IMG/VR virus record: IMGVR_UViG_3300045988_130579
Direction: 5' to 3' (one strand)
Length of the DNA: 49,955 bases
Source of the DNA: a virus
Shown here: piece after piece, positions 8,051-16,966 of the stretch
Layout: every line of letters begins with the position of its first letter
How positions within the stretch are numbered: position 1 is the stretch's first letter
Position numbers and translations under genes: made by a program
Notes under the pieces: model-generated
Databases searched by the model: none
What the model saw: only the letters and a program-made list of their open reading frames with translations
Told to the model about the DNA's origin: nothing

Positions 8051-8641
8051 TTACCATGATTTTACAATAGCCCCAATGTCATAAAGCGTACTTGTTAGCT
8101 CGTCGTTACCTTCTTCGGTGTTCTTGCTGCCCGTGTTCTGCTTCGACGTGTCACTAGGATTTTCTGCGTCGCTGGTAGTAATCGCACCGCCCCCGGAGCT
8201 TACCACAACATCAGAGTAGCTGCTTTCAACCTCGCGGACTTCAATTAAAGCAAGGTCTACAATAAGCTGGCTCGTAGCGCCGTTTTCCTCAAATTTATAC
8301 TCATAACTCAACAAGTTCAGGTTTTTGTATTCGCGCAGCGGCGTGACGATTGAAAACGTCTCTGTGCTGGTCCGCAACGCTTCCAGCGTGTCCAGTACCT
8401 TCTGCAAGTCGGCAGGGCTTTTGCTGGACTTGGCCAGCGTAACCGTGCCTTCAAAGGGCATTATTGTCTTGTTGTAGGCGACAAAATAGCCCTTTTCTAC
8501 GGGGTCATAGGTAACATTGCTGTCACCTTTAAGCCGCCAGCCAAGAAAAGACGAAAAGTCAGTTAAGGTAGTACCGCGGGTATCCGCAAGCAGCCAGTTT
8601 GACCATTCGTTTTTTAGAAAGTCAAGTATCTTAACTGTCAT
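8051..8641 (-). CDS. tail protein (196 aa), downstream of the tape measure gene
   Basis: ORF track, operon position. Confidence 0.45.
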   Translation of the reverse strand: MTVKILDFLKNEWSNWLLADTRGTTLTDFSSFLGWRLKGDSNVTYDPVEKGYFVAYNKTIMPFEGTVTLAKSSKSPADLQKVLDTLEALRTSTETFSIVTPLREYKNLNLLSYEYKFEENGATSQLIVDLALIEVREVESSYSDVVVSSGGGAITTSDAENPSDTSKQNTGSKNTEEGNDELTSTLYDIGAIVKSW

Positions 8642-10105
8642 TTAGTCGTTCCCCCTTGTCCCGGTGGCAGTGCCCCAATACAGGCCGCTGCTTTTGTTGA
8701 TGCCTTTGCCCATGTCGGCGGCTATGCCGTCTGCATTAGTCGCTTGGGTAAAGATATCAATTTTGCCGATTTCAAGCGTCTTGTTGCCGCCAGCTCCGGC
8801 CCCTGTCAGCTGCGGCGTGATAGGTGTGAAGAACTGCTCATAGCGGCCGCCCAGAAACTCTTTGATACCGTCCAGCGAGGGCAGGTTGTCAATAATCTTT
8901 TTCAGCGTGTTCCATGCGTTTTCAAGCGGCGTAATAAAGTAGTCGTTGATAAAGCCGCCTATAGCTTTAAACGCCTGCGCTGCCGCTACACCAAGCCCGG
9001 CCACAAGCACAAGTACGGAATGCAGTATCATCCACAGGCCTTTTAGTATGGCCTTTAAGACTTCCCACGCTATTTGCGCAGCAGTCTTTAAAAAGTCCCA
9101 TGCGCCCTCAATGGCCGCCATTACTTCCTCGCCCGTGCCTAGCGTCTTCCACAGGCTTTCGAACTGGCTCTTACCGCCCTTGGCGTAGACATATAAGTCC
9201 TCTAGTATCAGGATAAGCCCGACAATGGCGGCGATAATCCACGTTATAGGGTTCGTCATTATGGCGATAAACAAGCTCCACAGGGACGGCAGGACTAAGG
9301 CGGTAACGACCAGCGCTATACCGGCCAGCGCAATCTCAAGCGCAAGGCTGTGTTTTTGCATAAAGACAAATGCCGACGTCATCGCTTTAGCCGCTTCCGT
9401 CAGAACTGGCGCGAACATCCGCATAACAGGTAGAAAAGTCATATTCAGGCTTCTTGTCAGTCTGTCCATAGCGTCATTATAGTTGGCGGCGATAACGGTA
9501 TCTTCTTTTTGAAATACGCCCAGTTCTCGTTCGTACCTGATAAGGTCCTGCATACCTTTTTTGCCCATCTGTAGCAGGCCTATCGTGCCTTCATCTAGCT
9601 GCAAGCGTTTCAGCATACCGCTGGAAGTCGCCTTGTCCATGCCTTCAACGGATCCGGCGACGTCGGTCAATACGTCGAACACGTCGCGGGCCTTACCGGT
9701 GGCGTCAAGTGTGGCAACGCCCATGCTTTCAAAAAAGGGCAGTAGGCGGCTTTTTCCGGTTACAGCAATTTTTTGCAGCTCGGCGCCTAGTCGTTCGGCC
9801 GTACCATAGAACGCCTGAACGCTGCCGCCAGCAAGTTTAGACGCCACGGCCCATGATTGCAGTTTCGGCGCGTCTGCGCCTATGCGGTCAGCTATCTTGC
9901 CAAGTTCGTCAGCAACAGCCGTCAGGTTTTTAACCTCTGACATTATGAAGCCGACAGAAGCAAGCGCGCCAAACTTTGCCATCGCGCCCGCCTTTATCCG
10001 GTCAGCAAAGCTGCTAACTTTGCTTTCAGCCTGCTTTAGTCCTTTATCTAGGCCAGTATTATCCATTTTAACGGCTATCAGCAGCGAATCAATTATATTA
10101 GCCAT
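8642..10105 (-). CDS. tail tape measure protein (487 aa)
   Basis: Follows the chaperone frameshift pair. It has long helical regions and a central hydrophobic segment (LALEIALAGIALVVTALVLPSLWSLFIAIM). Confidence 0.7.
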   Translation of the reverse strand: MANIIDSLLIAVKMDNTGLDKGLKQAESKVSSFADRIKAGAMAKFGALASVGFIMSEVKNLTAVADELGKIADRIGADAPKLQSWAVASKLAGGSVQAFYGTAERLGAELQKIAVTGKSRLLPFFESMGVATLDATGKARDVFDVLTDVAGSVEGMDKATSSGMLKRLQLDEGTIGLLQMGKKGMQDLIRYERELGVFQKEDTVIAANYNDAMDRLTRSLNMTFLPVMRMFAPVLTEAAKAMTSAFVFMQKHSLALEIALAGIALVVTALVLPSLWSLFIAIMTNPITWIIAAIVGLILILEDLYVYAKGGKSQFESLWKTLGTGEEVMAAIEGAWDFLKTAAQIAWEVLKAILKGLWMILHSVLVLVAGLGVAAAQAFKAIGGFINDYFITPLENAWNTLKKIIDNLPSLDGIKEFLGGRYEQFFTPITPQLTGAGAGGNKTLEIGKIDIFTQATNADGIAADMGKGINKSSGLYWGTATGTRGND

Positions 10106-10122
10106 AGTATACCGCCTTTACT

Positions 10123-10778
10123 TCAATTCTTGGACTTGGCTTTTTTCTCTATGTCCTTGTACATCAGGTTTTCGTTAATATTGTTGATATAGATTATCTC
10201 GCACATATCCAGCAGGTCCTCATAGCTGTAGTAGGTTTCAAGCTCTTTGAGGGTCGCAAAGCGCTGCGATATCACCAGCGCGGTCATGTTAGATACGTTT
10301 ACGTATTTTTTGAGAAAACTATATCGGCCGGCTTGCCCGTCGTATTCGTCGGGGACTGGCCGGCGGCTAGAAAAAAATCAAAATTTAATTTAAACGCTTC
10401 AACGCGCAGCTTCCACAGCACCCGGAAGTCTTCAATAAATCCGTCTACCAGTTCGGGTGTGCAGGGTGTTTTGACGCCGCTTGTCGGCACATAAGAGCAG
10501 CAGGCAAGCAAATCGTCAAGCACTTTTTCTGCGTCGTCTACGTCAAGCTTTCCAAGTGATGTAATTATACTGCCAAAGTCTAAGTCTTCTAGTTTTAATT
10601 CGGTGATAGGTTTCCCGTCAGGGACATTAATAGAAGTAGCAAAGCCGCCGTGAAGCAAGAGGGATAACGCCCGCATAAGCCAGCGCTCTTGCTTCTTGGC
10701 GGAAAATTGTGTAATCTCAAATTGAAGGTCGCGCCCCTGTCTTTCATCTCTCACCATAACAGTAATTGTTTTTCTCAT
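10123..10778 (-). CDS. predicted -1 frameshift product of the tail assembly chaperone (gpGT / E+E'-like). The slip site is at 10305-10311.
   Basis: After a -1 slip at A_AAA_AAT the frame stays open for 61 more codons, to a TGA at 10123-10125. The extension ORF has no SD of its own. Confidence 0.55.
10299..10778 (-). CDS. tail assembly chaperone (gpG/E-like, 159 aa)
   Basis: Lies between the tube and tape measure genes. It ends in an A_AAA_AAT slippery heptamer. Confidence 0.6.
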   Translation of the reverse strand: MRKTITVMVRDERQGRDLQFEITQFSAKKQERWLMRALSLLLHGGFATSINVPDGKPITELKLEDLDFGSIITSLGKLDVDDAEKVLDDLLACCSYVPTSGVKTPCTPELVDGFIEDFRVLWKLRVEAFKLNFDFFLAAGQSPTNTTGKPADIVFSKNT

Positions 10779-10801
10779 TTTTCTTCTCCCTTATAGCTCC
10801 A

Positions 10802-11224
10802 TTAGATACATTTTTCAAAATCAAACGCGAACGTTACAGGGTCTAATACCTGTTTTAAGTCCGGCAGTCTCTTTGCCGTGGTCAGATAGCCGTTGACATA
10901 AGTGTATGTCTTGGGCATAGACTTGATGTTGATAATCAAACTGACTTCGAAGGGTGTCATTTGATTTTCGGACGCCGCAATCAGCGCTTGGAAATACGGC
11001 AGTGACGGGCTAGACGGTTCAATTGTGATATGCACCGTCTTTTTAGACGGAGTATAACCAGCACTCAACTTGCCGTCGACGCCCATTCTGGTAACGGCTA
11101 GAGTTTCCTCGTCTTGGTTGATTGCTTGGTCAGTAGCGAATCCCTCAACAGCAAAGCCGACGGGGAAAAGGTCATTTACAATCATAACCGCCGTAGCGTT
11201 AGCAGATGTGATGTTGCTGCTCAT
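10802..11224 (-). CDS. tail tube protein
   Basis: 140 aa, immediately downstream of the sheath gene. This is the canonical order for contractile-tail phages. Confidence 0.65.
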   Translation of the reverse strand: MSSNITSANATAVMIVNDLFPVGFAVEGFATDQAINQDEETLAVTRMGVDGKLSAGYTPSKKTVHITIEPSSPSLPYFQALIAASENQMTPFEVSLIINIKSMPKTYTYVNGYLTTAKRLPDLKQVLDPVTFAFDFEKCI

Positions 11225-11240
11225 AGTCTAGTTTCCCCCT

Positions 11241-12737
11241 TTATACTACCGCTGTGAGCGGGAATTCAATTTTATTGACGCTGCCGCCATAGGTGTACCA
11301 TACAGAGATGTTTGGCGTTCCTCTGGTTGCCCTTACTTCCGGCGCCGGGTCAGTTACTCTGATAACAAAACCGTTGGTATACAGCTCGGTGCTGATGTCC
11401 TCGCCTGCCTCTTGATACAGCTGCGCTTTTTGCGCTTCGGACAGGCTAACACCGGGGTCGATTACGCCATTTGTGAGCGCTCTGTTAATCGGGTCTGTCA
11501 GCCATGCTTTAATCATGGTATAGCCACGGTCTACATATGGCAGGCGTTGAGTTTGCTGCATACCGTTCAGGCAGGCAGTCTGCATAACGTTTTGCAGCCA
11601 AATCATATTGATGTAAACATCAACGAAGCCATAGCTGCCGCCACTCATAGCGCCGTTGTAGAAGATATTAAACTGCTCACTTCTGGACGCATAACGACCG
11701 TAGAAGTTGACTTTGTTGTCCAGCAGGCTTGCCTGTGTCTGGTCGTCGGTACAGGTCGGAGCAAGTCCACTCTGTGTCTTGAACGCCCAAGAGATAGCAC
11801 CCTGTTCACGGTTCCAGTCGATAGAAGCCGCGCAGCTCATAACGAACACAGATACCTCGCCATTGTCATAGGTATTAATAGTGCCCTCGTAATCGTTGAA
11901 AGCCAGCTGGCCGGGCAGAGACTCTGCACCGCCGGCAATTTGGCCAGCGTCCATGCTGTATGCGCAGTAGAGGAACTTGTTCAAGTTGCTGTTGCTCCAA
12001 GCTGCCAGTTCTAAGGCTTCCTCTGTGCTTGCTTGGTATACGGTGGTAAAGCTTACCCAGTTTTCAGACTGTTTAACAGCTGCGTTCATGGTTTGGGTCG
12101 GCGTCATTTTTGCCGTGCCTTGGCTTACCACAGCACCAGCTGCGGCGGTAAGGCCAAGTGCAGTAGCTACGTCTGTTCCCAAAGCTTCTACGTTGGTCCC
12201 ATTGGTCGCATAGGTCACGCTGGAATCATTGCCAGTAGTATTGGAGACAATGCGATAATTTTTCTGATCGGTGTTGAAAGTGACTGTTGTCCCGGTTACT
12301 TTTGCCTGAATCAAAGCCGCGATATCGCTTTGAGTTTTAGCACTGGAAAAGTCCAGTCCGGTTACGGTTATCGGCGTACCGTCTACAGAGATAGTAAATC
12401 CGCCCTCTGTGATTTTTTTCAGGTCGGTTACTCCCAGTGCTTGGCTGCCTATTAAGGCGCCTGCGATAGCTTCATCCGCACGGCGGAAGAAATAAAGCGT
12501 GTTAGGTTTCTTGCTGCTGTTCGTGAAGCCTAAGAAGTAAATAACCGCAAGACGATACTCGTCGCTGTCATAGCCGAAGTATTCGCCTACTGCCTGCTGG
12601 CCAGTAAAGCCCATAAGCAGCGGATACGGCATGATAGCGTTTTTAGTAAGCAGAACGCCAGCAAGTTCTAACTCTGTGGAACCAGAAGAAATAACGCGCG
12701 GCGTGATGTTTACAAGTCTACTTGCAGGAATAGCCAT
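11241..12737 (-). CDS. tail sheath protein
   Basis: 498 aa, in the canonical position before the tube gene. Confidence 0.7.
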   Translation of the reverse strand: MAIPASRLVNITPRVISSGSTELELAGVLLTKNAIMPYPLLMGFTGQQAVGEYFGYDSDEYRLAVIYFLGFTNSSKKPNTLYFFRRADEAIAGALIGSQALGVTDLKKITEGGFTISVDGTPITVTGLDFSSAKTQSDIAALIQAKVTGTTVTFNTDQKNYRIVSNTTGNDSSVTYATNGTNVEALGTDVATALGLTAAAGAVVSQGTAKMTPTQTMNAAVKQSENWVSFTTVYQASTEEALELAAWSNSNLNKFLYCAYSMDAGQIAGGAESLPGQLAFNDYEGTINTYDNGEVSVFVMSCAASIDWNREQGAISWAFKTQSGLAPTCTDDQTQASLLDNKVNFYGRYASRSEQFNIFYNGAMSGGSYGFVDVYINMIWLQNVMQTACLNGMQQTQRLPYVDRGYTMIKAWLTDPINRALTNGVIDPGVSLSEAQKAQLYQEAGEDISTELYTNGFVIRVTDPAPEVRATRGTPNISVWYTYGGSVNKIEFPLTAVV

Positions 12738-12757
12738 TTATTAGATACCCCCTTTAA

Positions 12758-13312
12758 TTAGTTTGTTGGCGGGTGATGTACGTCAACGTTTTCCAATCTA
12801 GTCACACTTGCCCGCTCGAAGTATTCGACTTCGATAGAATATGTTGACCACATAGACAAGTGCAGTTTGACTTGGAAGCGGTTGATAAACTGATTAGTGT
12901 CGTCTACGTAAGGCAGATACACCATGTTTTCAGCGTACAAAAGGCCAATGTCATAGTTGTTATGAAAAAAATCGGCCGCATAGGCGCTACGGCTCAAGGT
13001 TTCTAGTCCTTCGGCCCTGCTCCGTGAACGGTCGATATCGGTATCGCAAAAATCAACAGTTACAACGTATTCCCGTAAAGTGGCCGTGATAACATTACCT
13101 TCCGGGGTAACTTGGCTTTCACCTGTGTTTGTCCCTATACGGCGCGTCTGGCTCAAGTAAAACAATGTGTGCTCCCGTTCATCGCCGGGTAGCGCCATGT
13201 TGTTCTGGTTGCCCTCAAACACGCGCTGCGGGTCAAGCGTCGGCCGCATGTACTTCAACAGAAACTCGGTAACTGCGACGTTTATTTTTTTTTCTACATC
13301 AGATACAGGCAT
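12758..13312 (-). CDS. tail completion / neck protein (184 aa)
   Basis: Operon position. An A9 tract lies at codons 7-10. Confidence 0.45.
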   Translation of the reverse strand: MPVSDVEKKINVAVTEFLLKYMRPTLDPQRVFEGNQNNMALPGDEREHTLFYLSQTRRIGTNTGESQVTPEGNVITATLREYVVTVDFCDTDIDRSRSRAEGLETLSRSAYAADFFHNNYDIGLLYAENMVYLPYVDDTNQFINRFQVKLHLSMWSTYSIEVEYFERASVTRLENVDVHHPPTN

Positions 13313-13789
13313 TTAGTTTCCCTCGCCTTCGTCGGGTTCTTCCGGGTCAGGCTCTGGCTCCGGCGCTGGCCGTGTTTGTAGTACCGGCGGCGTCACAAGT
13401 TGGGTGATTTCAAAATTCGCCCACCCTGCATGTGCTGACCAGTCTTCAAGCACTTTGGAGATGTGCCAGTAGGTCCCATCTTCGCGCTGGATGATATCAC
13501 CTGTCCTACATAGCGGCACCCGCGATATACCGTCTACGGGCAACAGTTGACTACTGTCAACAAACATCTGCTCTGTATGCGGCATATCGGGCACGTTTTC
13601 GCTATGATCAAGGGAGTTTTCAGCGTTAGGCTGAATCTGCGCTGCAATCGTGATTGGCTCTTTATAGTACGGCGTCACTCTCCCATACGCCACAGCCTGC
13701 CCGTCAGACTGATAAAGAGTAACTGTTTCATCCGGGTGTACCGACGTTATCGACCCTCTCACTATCGCGTGTAAATTCATACCTAACAT
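13313..13789 (-). CDS. head-tail joining protein (158 aa)
   Basis: Operon position. Its start overlaps the neighbouring gene's stop. Confidence 0.45.
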   Translation of the reverse strand: MLGMNLHAIVRGSITSVHPDETVTLYQSDGQAVAYGRVTPYYKEPITIAAQIQPNAENSLDHSENVPDMPHTEQMFVDSSQLLPVDGISRVPLCRTGDIIQREDGTYWHISKVLEDWSAHAGWANFEITQLVTPPVLQTRPAPEPEPDPEEPDEGEGN

Positions 13790-13804
13790 CTGCTAGTCTC
13801 CCCT

Positions 13805-14326
13805 TTATTTTTCGTTGGCAATCTGCCAGCTAACAGCATTAATCATTGTCGAAGTATCAATAAGTGCCCGTTCCGGGTTACTTACCCCTAAAGACTTCCC
13901 GTTCTTCATCTTCCGGCGTTTAGCCGCTATCGTAGCAGGCTTGTTAAGCCGGGGCTCTCCCGGCGGCCAGTTGCGAATAGTCATCTGCAAATCGGTACGC
14001 GCTGACGGTCCAAGTGCCCGCAAGGCTCGAACAAATATGTCTTGTTCGATGATATGGCCCTTGAATATTCTTTCCAAGAAGCCCAGCCAGTCCTTACTTT
14101 TTTCCTCGACGGTCTTTTGCATAAAAGGCCGTTCTGGAACGCCGCCAAGGCCCACATTTTGAATGTAGGCGATGTACGCTACACTTTTCCCGTCCGGGTA
14201 CGTTGACCCCTCTGGAAAGCCTATTTCTAGCTGCGGGTTTTGCTTTGCCAGCTGGCCGACAACTCTTTTAAAGTTGCCCAGCAGTTCCCCGCTGCCGCCG
14301 CCAGCTTTTAACTCAACATGAAAGCC
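13805..14326 (-). CDS. head-tail connector / virion morphogenesis protein; the start is taken at the internal ATG
   Basis: The first 44 residues of the track ORF are Arg-rich and overlap the upstream gene in another frame. Confidence 0.45.
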   Translation of the reverse strand, partial: GFHVELKAGGGSGELLGNFKRVVGQLAKQNPQLEIGFPEGSTYPDGKSVAYIAYIQNVGLGGVPERPFMQKTVEEKSKDWLGFLERIFKGHIIEQDIFVRALRALGPSARTDLQMTIRNWPPGEPRLNKPATIAAKRRKMKNGKSLGVSNPERALIDTSTMINAVSWQIANEK

Positions 14327-14699
14327 CATTGTACCAACGGCCCCCGCTGATATATTTTTGCATAAGCTGCCAAAGGAGAAAGCCGCATTGCGTCTGCGTG
14401 TACCAGTTGGGCTTCGCCAGCACAGCATACGAAACGGAAACTTTGCCTTCCGTCGCACTTGCCACGTTGCCTACTGCCAGCGGGCCGCGCATTTGCAATT
14501 CGGATAAATGACAGGTCATCAGTTCAAGGAGCTTTGCCCGCTCGTCGTAGTCTTGGACTGCCGAGGCGGGACCATTGTTGATTAAATAAGTGGCGGTGTT
14601 GAAATTGTTTTCAATTTGCGCGTCCGGCAAAGTGATAAACGGATACTTTGCTTTAAAGTCTTCGAGGTCGAACTCAACAATGTTGTCTTCTCTAGACAT
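14313..14699 (-). CDS. head-tail adaptor-like protein (128 aa)
   Basis: ORF track. A GGGGGGA RBS precedes the ATG. Confidence 0.5.
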   Translation of the reverse strand: MSREDNIVEFDLEDFKAKYPFITLPDAQIENNFNTATYLINNGPASAVQDYDERAKLLELMTCHLSELQMRGPLAVGNVASATEGKVSVSYAVLAKPNWYTQTQCGFLLWQLMQKYISGGRWYNGLSC

Positions 14700-14711
14700 A
14701 GTTAGTCCCCC

Positions 14712-15350
14712 CTATTCTACCGGGGTAACTGAACCTTCTCTGCCCTCTGGCCCTGCCATTTTGGCGGCAGGCTCAAAGCCATTTCTAAGCGCCTTGCGCT
14801 CGTCTGTTTCTGCTTCGACGCTATACTTGTCGTCTTTAGTTGCGCAGAACAGTAAATGTTCTTTGATTAGCCAAAATTCCGGATAGTTTTTGCAGAACCA
14901 TTCCCAAGCTGCACGGGGGACGTTAGGAGTTACGCCGTAGGCGCCGACAGGGTTAATGCCCTTTTCCTTGCCCCGTAAGTGGGTATTGTTCCCGCGAAGG
15001 ATAATGCGTTCAATAGTGCCTTTAGAAGTCGGGATAGCAAGTTCTAAGTCCTGCGGATAGTTAAGACATAAGGTCACAGTATCAGAGGTATCAATTACAG
15101 CGCGGTTAGCGCTATTGATAGACGCTGCTTTGACCTTTTTAGCTTCCGCTGCTTTGGCTGCTTCTTCCGCCTGCTTTTCGGCTTCTTTGAGCGCCGCTTC
15201 ATACGGTATAGGCTCTGCTGCTTCTTCCGTGGCTTTCACAGCTTCGGCGGCGACCTCTGCCGCCGCTTCTGCTGCTAAGGTTTCTTGTGTTTCGGTAGCT
15301 ACCTCTGCTGCTTTAGCAGTTTCGGTTTTCTTCTTCGTCAATCTCGCCAT
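14712..15350 (-). CDS. virion protein with an Ala/Glu/Lys-rich disordered N-terminus (212 aa)
   Basis: ORF track, AGGGAG RBS. It lies directly downstream of the major capsid gene. Confidence 0.5.
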   Translation of the reverse strand: MARLTKKKTETAKAAEVATETQETLAAEAAAEVAAEAVKATEEAAEPIPYEAALKEAEKQAEEAAKAAEAKKVKAASINSANRAVIDTSDTVTLCLNYPQDLELAIPTSKGTIERIILRGNNTHLRGKEKGINPVGAYGVTPNVPRAAWEWFCKNYPEFWLIKEHLLFCATKDDKYSVEAETDERKALRNGFEPAAKMAGPEGREGSVTPVE

Positions 15351-15374
15351 TTTTCTTTTCTCCCTTACCCTAGA

Positions 15375-16403
15375 TTATACACCAGTCATTGTAGCAACGG
15401 CAAACGGTCTGTATAAAATGCAGCCGTAGGAAGTGCCGACAAATTTCTGCTTGAAGCTAGAAGTTTCAGGCACTAAGCGCATAGCACGCATTTTTTCGGA
15501 AAAACCGAATTCGCCAGTAGGCTCGCCGTTAATGCTGCGGCAGATGAGCAGCACAGTGCTGCTGGTGGAGTTTTCCAGTTCCGGCAGTTGGGCAAATTTG
15601 ATGTTCGGGGTATAGCGTTTAATCATGTCCATAACGGATACATTATAGTCAGTTGCTTTACCCAGCTCAACAGCAGAAGAAGGAGAGGTTACGAGAATCA
15701 AATCGCTGTCGTTGCGGATGTGGCCCAAAGAATTTTTAGCCAAGTTCTGGAACAACAACAGATAGTCTGCGTAAATTTCTTTAGTAGTTTTGAGCTTCCA
15801 AGTGTTGCCGCCTTCACCAGTTCCCGGAATGATAGCAGCCGGACGGTTAGGCTCGTTCAGCAGGCCGTAGATTTCCATATTTTCGACGCCCAGCAAATTG
15901 TATTTGTTTTGAGCAATGTCGATAGTGGTAGCTGCGGCGCGTTGTTTCCGTGCTGCTAATTGCAAACGTGCTTTAGCTGCATAGTCTAATTCGCGATCAC
16001 CGTAGCGAATGTTAGTTTGGAATACATATTGTTGACGGACCGGATAGGTCGGGTTGACGTCAGCCATTCCAGCATTGCCGTAGTCGGTGTAAGCTTCTAC
16101 AGCTCCGGTGATTTCGTCGACCTCAAAACGTGCATAAGATGTAGTCCAGTCGCCTTTTTTAACCTCTGCGAAAATCTCGCGGGAGTTACGAGGACCGGTC
16201 AGGATCTCAATAACACGCGGGTCAAGATAAGATGTAAATTCTACAGGCACACCGCTGTTCGGTTCGGTTACCATTGCGGCGTCGTAGGCCAAACGCTCAA
16301 TGTCGGCGTCGTTAGCCATAATGCCACGAATTTTATAATGGTCATCAAATACAAAACCTTTTTCGCGCATAAGTGCTACTTGTTGGTCAATGTTCATTGG
16401 CAT
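15375..16403 (-). CDS. major capsid protein (Mu gpT-like)
   Basis: 342 aa, strong GAAAGGGGAA RBS. It is downstream of the protease/scaffold and decoration-like genes. Confidence 0.7.
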   Translation of the reverse strand: MPMNIDQQVALMREKGFVFDDHYKIRGIMANDADIERLAYDAAMVTEPNSGVPVEFTSYLDPRVIEILTGPRNSREIFAEVKKGDWTTSYARFEVDEITGAVEAYTDYGNAGMADVNPTYPVRQQYVFQTNIRYGDRELDYAAKARLQLAARKQRAAATTIDIAQNKYNLLGVENMEIYGLLNEPNRPAAIIPGTGEGGNTWKLKTTKEIYADYLLLFQNLAKNSLGHIRNDSDLILVTSPSSAVELGKATDYNVSVMDMIKRYTPNIKFAQLPELENSTSSTVLLICRSINGEPTGEFGFSEKMRAMRLVPETSSFKQKFVGTSYGCILYRPFAVATMTGV

Positions 16404-16442
16404 TTTTACTGTTCCCCTTTCTTTTTGTTCTTACGGTCCAAA

Positions 16443-16949
16443 TTAAGAACCGATAGGAGTGCTGGCAGGAACAACAGCCCCACGCCAATTTGAAATAATA
16501 ATTACGTCATTAGCAGCACCGGCTTGAATTACTTCAAAGTCAGTTTCTACGGCACCTTCAACGGTTGCTTGCGCAGCTCCGGTTTTGATAGTACCGTCTG
16601 CCAATACGGCAAATACTTTCTGCCCGACAGTTGCGGCGGTAGTGGTGACAGCAAAGAAATCGCCTTTTACCTCTACAGATACAGGATAACCGACAGGAAC
16701 GGTGTTAGAAGCTTCTACATCAATTCCCAGCGGGTTGGTGATTTCGCGCACTGCAAAGCCCAGAGGGCGGCCAGTGCCGGTAGGTTTAACGCAGCCTTCT
16801 TTATCTGCGTCAGCCCATACGAAGCCGCCGATGTTGCAGGCAGCGCTAGCAACATAGCCTTTGGCGGTAGATACGATAGGGTTAATAGCTGCATATGCGC
16901 CCGGAATACCTATACCGGGGTAAGTGTTTACAGTTTGTTGAAACGCCAT
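16443..16949 (-). CDS. head decoration / structural protein (168 aa, Gly/Ala/Val-rich)
   Basis: ORF track, AAGGAG RBS. It lies between the scaffold and capsid genes. Confidence 0.5.
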   Translation of the reverse strand: MAFQQTVNTYPGIGIPGAYAAINPIVSTAKGYVASAACNIGGFVWADADKEGCVKPTGTGRPLGFAVREITNPLGIDVEASNTVPVGYPVSVEVKGDFFAVTTTAATVGQKVFAVLADGTIKTGAAQATVEGAVETDFEVIQAGAANDVIIISNWRGAVVPASTPIGS

Positions 16950-16966
16950 TTTTTTACGCTCCTTTC

